From the IMG/VR virus record IMGVR_UViG_3300023109_000008: a stretch of DNA of 64,000 nt; one strand, written 5' to 3'. Position numbers and translations under genes: made by a program. A model generated the notes under the pieces. It did not search any database, was not told the origin of the DNA, and worked only from the letters and a program-made list of their open reading frames with translations. Shown piece after piece: positions 1-9,737 of the stretch (the first letter of the stretch is position 1; each line of letters begins with the position of its first letter). The stretch comes from an uncultured virus (IMG/VR IMGVR_UViG_3300023109_000008). Lineage: Duplodnaviria; Heunggongvirae; Uroviricota; Caudoviricetes.

Positions 1-560
1 CTGTAGACTGTATGCCAGACCACACCGATCTTGGATCTTGATATTTTTTTAGCGAGTTCGCTTTTCTTTGGTATCGCATAAACAATCGTATTAGGATGGA
101 AAGTAACATACGATTCTCCATCAATAGCATCCGTCGAAAGATCTTCCGTAGTATAGAGGAAATCACCTTGTATCACTCCTTCAATTCCAAGTTTTGAGAA
201 CTCTGAAAGTGCTACTTTAAATTTGGAGTTGAGGTCACCTTTAATAGAACTATCATCATCAATTTCTTGGGCAGTCTTATAGACTTTTGGGTTTTTGTTA
301 AATACACCTTTCTTTGCAATAAAGAATTTACCATCTGATGGATCAACCCCTGCAAAGATTGCAGGTGCGCCATCCCACTTCACTGAAAGGTTTACAGGCG
401 CTTTGGTGTTACCACCTAACATATCTCTAATTGCACGAAGGTAATTAATTACGTTGCGTGTACCAGTCACTCCACCATCTATCACTGCATCCTCTGCATG
501 TGTCATGTGAAGGTTTTTTTCTTCTGATAACAAATTAGTAAACTGACTGAACTTTTGCAT
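1..560 (-). CDS. Conserved T4-like phage protein with ligase/nucleotidyltransferase-like KxDG motif (3' end runs off window)
   Basis: Hand translation from ATG at 560: MQKFSQFTNLLSEEKNLHMTHAED...SVKWDGAPAIFAG...VIQGDFL; start overlaps the stop of the upstream gene (TAATG); absent from ORF track because truncated. Confidence 0.7.
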   Translation of the reverse strand, partial: MQKFSQFTNLLSEEKNLHMTHAEDAVIDGGVTGTRNVINYLRAIRDMLGGNTKAPVNLSVKWDGAPAIFAGVDPSDGKFFIAKKGVFNKNPKVYKTAQEIDDDSSIKGDLNSKFKVALSEFSKLGIEGVIQGDFLYTTEDLSTDAIDGESYVTFHPNTIVYAIPKKSELAKKISRSKIGVVWHTVY

Positions 561-1618
561 TAGAATTCTACCTTGTCGTTTACTTTGATATCGGGTTCAA
601 CGCCGAAAAACTTAAGAACGTTTGATGCCTTTGATTTAACAAAAGACTTCGCCTTCTTAAGTGCGTTACCCACTTTACCTTTGATTTTAGAAACAATACG
701 TTTGAACATGTTCTCGTCAAGAGTGTCAACGTCTTCGTTTAGTTTCGCATCTACGATAAGAGAAATGACAGACCAGAAGTTATACTCGCCTGTCTTCTTA
801 CCTTTGAGTTTGCGTGATGACGTTTTGAAACGTGCTTGTAGTTTCATCTGATCTGCGATCTTCTTACAGTACGCATCGTCATATACTGATGTAATCTTTG
901 TAGAGGAACCTGCGTGATCTGATACCACCATGAATTCTGCGGCAGCATTTGCGTTCTCACCGTACTTCATGAAACCAGACATTGCTTCACGTGCAAATTC
1001 AATCTTGAACTTCTCGTTCTCTTCGAACAGAGTACCAAGTTCTTGCATAACTAATTTGTGTGCCTTCTCACCACGGTTGACGAGTTCATTCTCGCCTGAC
1101 TTGATGATAGGTCTTAGTTTGCCTGGCGCAAGTGATGCAGTGACGAAGTCGTCAAAGATCTTTGTTACCTTACCCAGTTGTGCAGATTCATTGATCTGTG
1201 ATTTTTCTAGAGCCGCATAAAAGGTTGCAGTTGACTCCGATTTACCACCAGACATCAACTGTGCCATACCAATCTTTAGAGACAATCTTTTGTCACCGAT
1301 TAGGATATCAGTCTTTGGTGTGATATCTGAAGCACCGTATCCTTTCCAAAAACCAGTCAGTTTGGACTTGGCACGTCCGTACTGTTCTGCTTTCACGTTA
1401 TTACCTAACTTGAAATGTTTCTGGATAGACGTGGCAATCTTTTTGCCTGCTTCGATATATTCTGGTTGTGCAACGAGAGACTGGTATACCTTATCAGATA
1501 TACCAGCATCACTAGGATTCAGTTCCTGTCCTGTGATTTCGTGCCAACCAATTACAATAGCAGCCTCAAAGTCCTCTGCCTTAATAGATTCGGTGAGGTG
1601 TTGTTTAAAGGATTTCAT
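560..1618 (-). CDS. Hypothetical protein, possible PD-(D/E)xK nuclease-fold internal virion protein
   Basis: Likely start MKSFKQHLTE at 1618; TPKTDIL...SLK resembles a PD-(D/E)xK core; late-promoter-like GATAAATA at 1651-1658. Confidence 0.5.
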   Translation of the reverse strand: MKSFKQHLTESIKAEDFEAAIVIGWHEITGQELNPSDAGISDKVYQSLVAQPEYIEAGKKIATSIQKHFKLGNNVKAEQYGRAKSKLTGFWKGYGASDITPKTDILIGDKRLSLKIGMAQLMSGGKSESTATFYAALEKSQINESAQLGKVTKIFDDFVTASLAPGKLRPIIKSGENELVNRGEKAHKLVMQELGTLFEENEKFKIEFAREAMSGFMKYGENANAAAEFMVVSDHAGSSTKITSVYDDAYCKKIADQMKLQARFKTSSRKLKGKKTGEYNFWSVISLIVDAKLNEDVDTLDENMFKRIVSKIKGKVGNALKKAKSFVKSKASNVLKFFGVEPDIKVNDKVEF

Positions 1619-1659
1619 CTTTTCACTCGTTTTAGATGTTTCTGTAATCCTATTTATCA

Positions 1660-3078
1660 TTATTGAAGGCCTTCAGTCATACTGAAAATGTCCTTCTTCT
1701 TGGTTGTACCAATAGAAGTTTTATCAAATAGAGGAGTATCATCAGGCTTGTTTCCATTTACTCTATCGTCACTTGGTTGACCGATATTGTCCTGTGCACT
1801 CTCTTCTAAATCATATATCTTCATCTTGGATCTGTCAACCCCTACAAGGAACTTTCTATAATAACCAAGATCTCCCCAACGATTTTTGAGCTGTTTGATC
1901 ATAATCTGACCAAGATCATCCAGTTCTTCTGTCGTAACTAGACCAAAGATTGCGTCTGCTGTGTGTGTTATCCCCATACTTTCGCTAGTATTAGTAAGGT
2001 CAACGTCACTATTCCCATAACCATCACGATTAAATTGAGACGAAGTAACCACAGCACAATTAAATTCCATCGCAAGACCACGTACCTCTTCTGCTATAGA
2101 TTTCACCAATGTGTATGAATTGGCTGCGGCTGCGCCACGAACACGTGCAGATGAACAGATGTTGAGGTAATCAACAAATATGATATCTGGTTGAAAATTC
2201 TTTTTCATACGAAGTTCGTTTAACAGATGTCGCATGTGTCCAACGTGTGCAGAACCAGTTGGGTATTCTTTAATGACCAACTTGCCTGGCGTCTTAGACT
2301 TGTACCTGTTCATACGTTTCTCGAACACATCACGTGGAGTGATTGATATCTCATCAATAGTCACATCCATGATGTTTGCATCAATACGTCTACCAATCTC
2401 TTCTTCTGCCATCTCCATAGTGATGTACAGAACATTCTTACCGTACATGAGATGGTTCGCAGCCATGTGACATTTAATCAATGACTTACCACCACCAGTC
2501 GTGGCGAGTAGTACAGTCATAGACTTACGAGGCAGACCACCTTTGGTAATCTTATTAAGGATGTCAATATCAAAGGGGATGCGTTCTTCTTTACGATGAT
2601 AGAATTCATATCTACCTTCAAAGTCTTCTAGGAAGTCGTGTCCAACACTGGTGTCGAAACTAATCCCAAGAGAGTCTGAAAGAAGTTTGGGGATGGAACC
2701 CTTTTCGAGTCCACCCCCTTCACCCTCAAGAATCTGAATTGATTGCCGTATAGAATTATACAGATCACGGTCTTGGCAGAACTTTTCAGTTTCATCAACC
2801 AAGAACTTGTTATCTGTTTCCTCATCACGTGCAAAAGTATTGACCACAGACATCACTTGTGAGTAACTGTCTTCGTTGAAGTCTTTTCTTTTGTCTAGTG
2901 TGAGTTTAAGAGCTTCCAAGGAAGGTTGCTCTTTGTACTTATCAACGTAGTCTACGAAGGTGTCAAACACCTTGCGCAGATTTGAGTCTTCAAAGTAATC
3001 TGGTTTCAGATAAGGATATACCTTTCGGTAGTATTCCTCATTCAGAATCAGGTTCGTCAGTATCGTTGTTTCTATCAT
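1660..3078 (-). CDS. gp41: Replicative DNA helicase (T4 gp41-like)
   Basis: Walker A ATTGGGKS, YITMEMAEE, IIFVDYLNI, SQFNRDG, KQLKNRW; 472 aa. Confidence 0.95.
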   Translation of the reverse strand: MIETTILTNLILNEEYYRKVYPYLKPDYFEDSNLRKVFDTFVDYVDKYKEQPSLEALKLTLDKRKDFNEDSYSQVMSVVNTFARDEETDNKFLVDETEKFCQDRDLYNSIRQSIQILEGEGGGLEKGSIPKLLSDSLGISFDTSVGHDFLEDFEGRYEFYHRKEERIPFDIDILNKITKGGLPRKSMTVLLATTGGGKSLIKCHMAANHLMYGKNVLYITMEMAEEEIGRRIDANIMDVTIDEISITPRDVFEKRMNRYKSKTPGKLVIKEYPTGSAHVGHMRHLLNELRMKKNFQPDIIFVDYLNICSSARVRGAAAANSYTLVKSIAEEVRGLAMEFNCAVVTSSQFNRDGYGNSDVDLTNTSESMGITHTADAIFGLVTTEELDDLGQIMIKQLKNRWGDLGYYRKFLVGVDRSKMKIYDLEESAQDNIGQPSDDRVNGNKPDDTPLFDKTSIGTTKKKDIFSMTEGLQ

Positions 3079-4102
3079 CTTCAGCCTGTGCCATGTTTAA
3101 TTTAAACTTGCGCTCAATATACACGTTAAAGTCATCGTTGGCAACCAATTTCTCAAAGAATGCGTCATCTTGTTCGATATCTTTCAAACGTCGACGTGGT
3201 TCGATAACTTCACCGCTATCCATATCTACGAGATTATACCATCCCTGTGTAGATTTGGCAATGAACCCTGCGTCCAGTGCGAGGTCAAATAATGATGACC
3301 ACTTCTGAATACCTGACTCATAGAGAACTGTGAATGGAAGTTTGGACTTCTCTTTCACGAAGCGTGACTTTTCGATGTTGATAGTAAACTTAAACCCTGC
3401 GAGATCTGTACCATCCTTCTCTTGCGATTTAGAGATGATAAAGATTTGGTTTGCGGAGTAATAGATACCAGTTCCACCAGATACAATCGCCTTAGGAAAC
3501 ATTCCGATTTCCTGATAGACGTGGTTGATTGCAAGACAAGGGATGTCTTTTCCAGTCAACTTAGGTGTAATAATGCGGAAGAGAGACTTCAACGCTTTCG
3601 CACGAGACATGTCGGCAACTGCCTTCTCGTTCTTAGCGTCTTCGACTTCTTTCTTAGATGCAAGATTACCAACAGAGTCAATCATGACGAATACACGATC
3701 ACCTTTGTCTACTTCGTCCAACCTCTTAGTGATGTCGAACTTTAGTTGTTCAACATCTTCTACAGGAATATGTATAACACGGTTGGTGTCGATGTTGTAA
3801 CTTTCTAGATATTCTGGTGTAATACCATACTCAGAGTCGTACAATAATGCCACGCCTTCTTCGTACTTATCTAGATATGCCTTCATGCAGTACAGAGACA
3901 GCAAAGTCTTAAATGACTTTGACTGCCCTGCAACTACAGTTAGGCCGGGGATTAATCCCCCCTTCAATGATCCACTAAATGCAATGTTAACGATGGGAAG
4001 TTCCGTTTGAATGGGATCCTTCGCCTCGAAAAACTTTGACTTAGAAAGAATTGAAGAAGTCTTCACTGCTCCTGATTTGAGCATTTTATCTAATAGACTC
4101 AC
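3038..4102 (-). CDS. uvsX: RecA-like recombinase UvsX
   Basis: GQSKSFKT Walker A, YDSEYG, IDSVGNLASKKE, ADMSRAKALKSLFR, SGGTG. Confidence 0.95.
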   Translation of the reverse strand: MSLLDKMLKSGAVKTSSILSKSKFFEAKDPIQTELPIVNIAFSGSLKGGLIPGLTVVAGQSKSFKTLLSLYCMKAYLDKYEEGVALLYDSEYGITPEYLESYNIDTNRVIHIPVEDVEQLKFDITKRLDEVDKGDRVFVMIDSVGNLASKKEVEDAKNEKAVADMSRAKALKSLFRIITPKLTGKDIPCLAINHVYQEIGMFPKAIVSGGTGIYYSANQIFIISKSQEKDGTDLAGFKFTINIEKSRFVKEKSKLPFTVLYESGIQKWSSLFDLALDAGFIAKSTQGWYNLVDMDSGEVIEPRRRLKDIEQDDAFFEKLVANDDFNVYIERKFKLNMAQAEDDRNNDTDEPDSE

Positions 4103-4103
4103 C

Positions 4104-4418
4104 TTAATCTCCTTCAGCGATAGCCTTTAACTTTTGTTTGTAGTTGTCGATCTTGTCAACACGATCAGGCCAGAAAATTGTACTCTTATCTGGTGATTTA
4201 CATAGATTGTCAAGGAAGGGAACAACTGAGTTAAACAGTTTATCCAGTCTTGCTTCTAAGCTAATCTTCTCATTCATGAGATTACTGAGTTGTGTTTCAA
4301 GTTCTTCAGCAGTGCCCTCAGCGGACGCTGCTTTTTCTTTTACCTCTTCGATTTCATCATCAATAAAGCTGAATCCAAAATCGAAATCGATAATATCAGA
4401 AGTTTGTTTACTACTCAT
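4104..4418 (-). CDS. Hypothetical coiled-coil protein
   Basis: 104-aa ORF tightly packed between gp32 and uvsX; FDFGFS and IFWPDR motifs. Confidence 0.7.
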   Translation of the reverse strand: MSSKQTSDIIDFDFGFSFIDDEIEEVKEKAASAEGTAEELETQLSNLMNEKISLEARLDKLFNSVVPFLDNLCKSPDKSTIFWPDRVDKIDNYKQKLKAIAEGD

Positions 4419-4424
4419 ACCGTC

Positions 4425-5369
4425 TTATCCTTTAGCGAGTTCCTTGAAGATTGAAAGATCATCATCATCGTCATCAACATTCATTGAACTAGGAGCGGTA
4501 TCAAAAGGGATCTCGTCCGCCATCGTAGGTGATGGAGTAGGAGCGGATGAAGGCATTGATGCCCCAAGATTCAGTCCATCGTCTTCATCATCATATGCAC
4601 TAGGTGCAGTTGGGCCAGCGTCATCCAATGCGAGGACACGGTACAACTTTTCCTTCAACTCAGAATATGATTTGAAGTTTGACGGATCCAGAAGGTCTTG
4701 CAACTTGTGTTGCTTTTGCCATACTGATTCGATTTCTGCATCATCTTCGAATAGTGCTGATGGCGCATCAAACTCTGACTTGTCATAGTTTGGGTAACCT
4801 TCGAACTTACGAATCTTCAGACGGAAGTTTGCACCTTCCCAGAAGTCGAATGGGTTTACTGGAGTCTCGTCCTCAAACTGAGGGTTCATCAGATCGTTGA
4901 GTTTATCAAAGATCTTCTTACCGTACTGGTACATGAAGACTTGACCTTCGTTCTCAGGATTCGCTGAATCCTTGATCACCAAGATGTTCGACACATACTT
5001 CAGTCGACGTTTCTGTTTACGTGCGAGTTCCTTGTCGGACTCCACACCAGAGTTCCACAGTTTTGAGTTATACTCTGATACTGGATCGTCTTGATTCAGT
5101 GTAGTCAGAGAGTTTTCGATATACCACTGACCTGTTGGCCCTTGGAAACCATGATCCCAGATACGTACAAACGGCACTTCTTCCCCTTGGGTTGGTGCCA
5201 AGAAACGAATGATTGCAAACCCATTACCCGCTTTGTCACGAGTTGGTTTCCAAAACTTCCCTTCATTGGGATCTGCATATGATTTTGTGGTGATTTTGTC
5301 AAGCTGAGCATTCAACTTGTCTAATGACTTAGAACGGTTCTTCTTGAGTGCGTTAAAGTCTGATGCCAT
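4425..5369 (-). CDS. gp32: Single-stranded DNA-binding protein gp32
   Basis: DKAGNGFAIIRFL, WYIENSLTT, YGKKIFDK, NPFDFWEGANF, acidic C-terminal tail; SD AAGGAG. Confidence 0.96.
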   Translation of the reverse strand: MASDFNALKKNRSKSLDKLNAQLDKITTKSYADPNEGKFWKPTRDKAGNGFAIIRFLAPTQGEEVPFVRIWDHGFQGPTGQWYIENSLTTLNQDDPVSEYNSKLWNSGVESDKELARKQKRRLKYVSNILVIKDSANPENEGQVFMYQYGKKIFDKLNDLMNPQFEDETPVNPFDFWEGANFRLKIRKFEGYPNYDKSEFDAPSALFEDDAEIESVWQKQHKLQDLLDPSNFKSYSELKEKLYRVLALDDAGPTAPSAYDDEDDGLNLGASMPSSAPTPSPTMADEIPFDTAPSSMNVDDDDDDLSIFKELAKG

Positions 5370-5415
5370 AATTATTCTCCTTTATAGCGTTATATTACGT
5401 TGTATTTGCGTTGTG

Positions 5416-6012
5416 TTATATGTCAAAGTGATCCTTGACCATAGTCTTGAATCGTTTCACATCCAACATCAAGAAGGGAAAGTACTTTCTTGATTGTTGT
5501 ATTATATCAGAAGCCACGTATTTGTCAAGCAAATTCTGCTCCCAATAATCAAAAATATTTGCGACATGGGTCAATATGGTAAACGTCTCCAAGGAGATCT
5601 TCTGTTGCAAACGCAACGTCAAAATCAAAGGGTGTTGTCCACCATGCGATATGAAATTTGTCTTCCAGTCGTCGTCTAAATTTTTGAGTTCAGACTTGAA
5701 GGTATAGCCAAGCGCATCTATCTTTTTCTTCCAGTCAAAGTAAATGTAGTCATCCTCGACAACGTCTCGTATCCAAGTGTTTGGATTCTTGATCATGTGT
5801 GCGAGAAGGACGTTCTCATAGTCATCATTCTTTGACAGTTTTGCAAAATAATATGCATCCGTTCGCTTCTTAAAAGAGTCAAACGATGCACTTACTCTAC
5901 CATTATATTTATGATAATCGTACTTTGGTGAAGTGAAATGTCTCTTCATTGCAAGGTATGTTACGTATACCTTATACGACTCGTCGTTTATATATTTTGG
6001 TAATTCGATCAT
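5416..6012 (-). CDS. gp59: Helicase loader gp59
   Basis: YLAMKRHF..KYDYHKYNG, ISLETFTIL; canonical gp33-gp59-gp32 synteny; start taken at MIELPK. Confidence 0.88.
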   Translation of the reverse strand: MIELPKYINDESYKVYVTYLAMKRHFTSPKYDYHKYNGRVSASFDSFKKRTDAYYFAKLSKNDDYENVLLAHMIKNPNTWIRDVVEDDYIYFDWKKKIDALGYTFKSELKNLDDDWKTNFISHGGQHPLILTLRLQQKISLETFTILTHVANIFDYWEQNLLDKYVASDIIQQSRKYFPFLMLDVKRFKTMVKDHFDI

Positions 6013-6682
6013 TTTTAATTCCACCATCATACATTCCAAAAGCCCACTTCTTTTCCTTGCACCAGAAACATTGTTTGCATGGTTCATCCCATGGCGAAAT
6101 GCAAGATACAGTTAGTGGGAATAGGTCTTTCATCAAGTCATATTCTTCATACAAACTTGCAACCCATTTTTTATCACGTCGAGCGAAAGGTCTCCGAACC
6201 TTTGCTTTCTTATTATCTCTACGTGGTTCTTGTTGATTATGGAGTTGGATTGGAGGGTTCTTTGTCACAAAATTAAGTGCGACTTGTATTGTCCCATCTG
6301 CACGTAACCCATCTTCAACTGGTTGGTGATATTTTGCCTTAGTCTCCCAGTCCTCTTTTTCATAATCAAAACAATACATATCGTGAAGTAGGTGAGACTT
6401 TTCTGGTTGTCTTTTCCTTATCACCTTTATGATGTCTTCAGTTGCACCCTCAGAAAGTTTTGTTTGACCATCTCTCCACCTACGAATGTCCATACCATGC
6501 AAAGGCAAGATAGTTGTATTCGTATTATACATCTGAAGTAAATACAAACCCAACGCTGAGTCTGCACCACCACTCAACCATATACCAATATGGTCATAGT
6601 TGTCAAGTACTGTTTTAATATTTTCAATAGGATCTTCTGATGATCGAAGTCCTAGAGGTTCCAAGTTGGCCATATCAATCAC
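5972..6682 (-). CDS. QueC-like PP-loop ATPase (7-cyano-7-deazaguanine synthase-like)
   Basis: LSGGADSAL PP-loop; C-terminal SC-x8-CKQCFWC zinc motif. Confidence 0.6.
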   Translation of the reverse strand: MIDMANLEPLGLRSSEDPIENIKTVLDNYDHIGIWLSGGADSALGLYLLQMYNTNTTILPLHGMDIRRWRDGQTKLSEGATEDIIKVIRKRQPEKSHLLHDMYCFDYEKEDWETKAKYHQPVEDGLRADGTIQVALNFVTKNPPIQLHNQQEPRRDNKKAKVRRPFARRDKKWVASLYEEYDLMKDLFPLTVSCISPWDEPCKQCFWCKEKKWAFGMYDGGIKNDRITKIYKRRVV

Positions 6683-6929
6683 ATAATGTTGTTACATCAA
6701 GCTGTTCTTCTTCTGGTTTCTTTACCATTCTAAGTTCAGTTGCCTCTCTGCGAATCTTTTCCTTCAGAATAGAGGACTTTTTAATCACATCAGCCACAGA
6801 TTCTATTTCCAGATTGTTCTTTTCTGCGTAAGTAATCAATGCGTCAATGTATGGTACGCCTCTTGCGATTTGTTCTGCAATAGCGTGATGTATTTTTTCT
6901 GGTGTTAGTGACACCACAGTTGTATTCAT
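6675..6929 (-). CDS. gp33: Late transcription coactivator gp33
   Basis: YIDALITYAEKNNLEIESVA...LKEKIRREA; position upstream of gp59. Confidence 0.85.
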   Translation of the reverse strand: MNTTVVSLTPEKIHHAIAEQIARGVPYIDALITYAEKNNLEIESVADVIKKSSILKEKIRREATELRMVKKPEEEQLDVTTLCD

Positions 6930-7036
6930 TTGCCTGTATCTTCCTCTTCATAGATGAATGTTTCTGGTTCCTCATCTTTATCCCATCTTGCGAAAAAAAT
7001 TCGGATTTTATATTTTAATCTTCTTAAGAAACTCAT
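6926..7036 (-). CDS. 36-aa micropeptide with FIYE motif
   Basis: Hand translation MSFLRRLKYKIRIFFARWDKDEEPETFIYEEEDTGK; fills the gap, stop overlaps gp33 start (ATGA). Confidence 0.6.
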   Translation of the reverse strand: MSFLRRLKYKIRIFFARWDKDEEPETFIYEEEDTGK

Positions 7037-7778
7037 TTGCGATTACCTCGTGTCCTTTTGCATTGGGGTGACTATCTTCTGTTGAGATACGATGTATCGG
7101 ATTTAGATCTTTATCTTTCAACAATTCTTCCATCGTAAAACCACCCGCTTCTTCTAACCACGGCCACCCGATAATTTTTTCTTTATACTTCTTCTTATCG
7201 AACTCATTAAAGTAGGAGTTTCTAATCCACTCTTTCATGAATCTTTTATATCGTTTAACCTCATCAACGTTCTTGCTTTGAACCTTATAATGAGTGTGAG
7301 GCCATATTTTTATAGCCGTACCAAAGTATATCGGTATGTTCCTATGAGTTGCAATGTCATTAAGAATAAACATATTTCTAAAGAACTCATCAATAACATT
7401 TAAATCTTCCTCATCGTGTATAAGTCTCCTTACCATCGTGGCCGCAAACTTTTGAGTTAGCGATGACCACCTTTCTATATTCTGTATATTACCAAAAAAT
7501 AGATTGAATGGCAAGAGGTGTTCGAAGTTCCATAGATCAATTCTGCCTTGGTTCGACCACAAGACACAGATCAAATCGGGATTCTCTCTGTGGATACCAT
7601 TGATTGCCTGTTTCATGATACTGTTGTTACCAGAACCAGATATGCCCATGTTAATGGTTTCGTACCCCAAGGACTCACCAAGAAGTGTCGGCCATGTCTT
7701 TATACCATGTTCGTCGTTAACTGGAGTGTTGTAGTTCTGATCTGTCCAACTGCATCCCACTGCAAGAAGTTTAGGCAT
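7008..7778 (-). CDS. SGNH/GDSL hydrolase-like protein
   Basis: GCSWT block I, GSGN block II, DSHPNAKGH block V. Confidence 0.75.
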   Translation of the reverse strand: MPKLLAVGCSWTDQNYNTPVNDEHGIKTWPTLLGESLGYETINMGISGSGNNSIMKQAINGIHRENPDLICVLWSNQGRIDLWNFEHLLPFNLFFGNIQNIERWSSLTQKFAATMVRRLIHDEEDLNVIDEFFRNMFILNDIATHRNIPIYFGTAIKIWPHTHYKVQSKNVDEVKRYKRFMKEWIRNSYFNEFDKKKYKEKIIGWPWLEEAGGFTMEELLKDKDLNPIHRISTEDSHPNAKGHEVIANEFLKKIKI

Positions 7779-8535
7779 TGACGATTGTTTCCTTTGCCTT
7801 TAGTTTCTTCAAAAACTCATAAGCAATCATTTCATGTCCCTTTGTATTAGGGTGTGGATCATCACCAGATATTCTGTGTCTACCATCCATCCTTTCGGTG
7901 AAAGCAAACCCATGTTTGGTAATACCATGTTGCATAGGCCATCCCACAAAGTTTTTGTGATCTTTATCAAACATCTCAAAGTACTCACACTCTATGAATG
8001 CAGTTAACCATTCTCGCCACAATCGGTTTCCAACTTTCTTGCCCACCTTATTGTAGATCCATTTCGACCACAACTTAGTACCCTGTCCGTGATATATCGG
8101 TATACCCTTCATGTCTGCAAAACTTTGAAGAATGTACAGGTTTCTAAAATATTCTCTAGGCACATTTAAGTGTAGGTTTGTATTCACAAGAGAATCATAA
8201 ACCGCCTCAATGTTGTATATCTCTTTAGACTTCGGATCACACGATTTATTATAAATTGCAGAGATAGGCATCAAGTTATGACGATTGTAGAAATCCTCTC
8301 TATGTTGTTCTGACCACAACACGCAGATTGCATCTGGTGTATTGTCACGAAGATAGTCTACACCAATCTTCATAATTTTTTCATTACCAGATGCTTCTTT
8401 TGCAAGATTGACGAGTTTCCAACCTTCCATCTTTTCTATTACTTGTTCAGCCCAAGTTACTACACCGTTAGGTGCATAGCCAGGATATTCACTGTCTGTC
8501 CAACTATCCCCAAGGGTAAGTAAAGTTTTAGTCAT
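7771..8535 (-). CDS. SGNH/GDSL hydrolase-like protein (paralog)
   Basis: GDSWT, ASGN, DPHPNTKGH. Confidence 0.75.
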   Translation of the reverse strand: MTKTLLTLGDSWTDSEYPGYAPNGVVTWAEQVIEKMEGWKLVNLAKEASGNEKIMKIGVDYLRDNTPDAICVLWSEQHREDFYNRHNLMPISAIYNKSCDPKSKEIYNIEAVYDSLVNTNLHLNVPREYFRNLYILQSFADMKGIPIYHGQGTKLWSKWIYNKVGKKVGNRLWREWLTAFIECEYFEMFDKDHKNFVGWPMQHGITKHGFAFTERMDGRHRISGDDPHPNTKGHEMIAYEFLKKLKAKETIVNA

Positions 8536-9208
8536 TGATCTCTTCAAATAATACGTTGTTTACATAGTAGTCTTTTGCTTCGTCACTGATACCCATTGCA
8601 CGTATACTGTTGTGCAACTGATCGTTCTTCTTCTGATTAATACAATACTTGTTGAGGATCTCTCGTGTAGAGAAATCTACTTGCACTGCTTTATCTTCCA
8701 TGTTCTTTAGATAATAACATATTAATTGGGAAATGGCAAGAAGGAAGTTATCTGTTTCCTCACCACGCACGTTTCCGATTGCCATCATGTGGTCACTGAA
8801 GATCTCCTTTGCCCAAGGAGGCAGTTCACGTGGTTTCTTCCAAGTAAACTTTTGTGTCTGATCATTGAAGTGTTTACACATTTCGTGATCGTCATGGACA
8901 ACTGGAGAAAAATCAAAGAACGCACCACTAATCTTATTAGGGCCTGCAACAATATCACAACCAAGGATAGGGATGTCCCAGCCTGGCCGTGGAAATATAT
9001 TAAGATGTAGTAACCATAGTTTACGTTCTTCTAACAAGTCAATCGTTTTAAGATGACATTTTTCAACGAGATCACTATTCCAAAAATCATCTTGCCACCC
9101 ATGAAGGTGTTGGAAGTGTTTTTTATTATCCCATTGGTTGAGATATTTATCGAATTGTGTTTCGAGAAAAAATGCGAATCCTTTTAACTTATCAGCGTGC
9201 TCACTCAT
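8528..9208 (-). CDS. pcyX: Ferredoxin-dependent bilin reductase (PcyX-like)
   Basis: LHLNIFP...PILGCDIVAG...GAFFDFSP, RELPPWAKEIFS, YCINQKKN, VLF; adjacent to heme oxygenase. Confidence 0.8.
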   Translation of the reverse strand: MSEHADKLKGFAFFLETQFDKYLNQWDNKKHFQHLHGWQDDFWNSDLVEKCHLKTIDLLEERKLWLLHLNIFPRPGWDIPILGCDIVAGPNKISGAFFDFSPVVHDDHEMCKHFNDQTQKFTWKKPRELPPWAKEIFSDHMMAIGNVRGEETDNFLLAISQLICYYLKNMEDKAVQVDFSTREILNKYCINQKKNDQLHNSIRAMGISDEAKDYYVNNVLFEEIND

Positions 9209-9737
9209 CTGTGCTCATTTCCTCGAAAGATCGAAATGCAAAATCAAAACAAATTCTTGCTTCGTCTGCCATCGAATCATCAAGTAATGTACGCATCCCT
9301 TTGATTAGTTCATATCTATCTTCGAACTGATAATACTTACCACTGCCTGGCACTTTCTTTGAGATCATCTGACCACCATGCAAGTCACCAAAATGACGTA
9401 CATACAAGTGTGCAAGAAGACGATGGTTGTCATTCTTAATGCTCTCAATATAGTTCACGTATTCTACAGTTGTTTCTAGTGCAGTTTCAATCGGTTGAAG
9501 ATTGAATTCTTTCATCAGTTCATGCATGTCTTCGAAGATTGCGTTTGCACGAAACACACGTTTGTATTCTTCTGGTAGATCTACCACACCTTCAAGTGCA
9601 CCATAACAAACCATCTGATTGAACAAATACTCCTGATACTCTTTTGGTGTAATATCACCACTCATCAGTGTTGTTGCGAACTGAGATGTCTCAGCCTTCT
9701 CATGATGTTCCCATGTAAGTTCTTTTAAATTACTCAT
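9201..9737 (-). CDS. hemO: Heme oxygenase
   Basis: LKELTWEHHEKAE (proximal His), AHLYVRHFGDLHGGQMI signature. Confidence 0.92.
   Translation of the reverse strand: MSNLKELTWEHHEKAETSQFATTLMSGDITPKEYQEYLFNQMVCYGALEGVVDLPEEYKRVFRANAIFEDMHELMKEFNLQPIETALETTVEYVNYIESIKNDNHRLLAHLYVRHFGDLHGGQMISKKVPGSGKYYQFEDRYELIKGMRTLLDDSMADEARICFDFAFRSFEEMSTDE

Noticed and set aside
8528..9737. Cyanophage identity based on heme oxygenase, bilin reductase and desaturases
   Set aside because: No psbA, hli or similar genes in the window, and the tmRNA T-loop and tag are alphaproteobacterial in type.
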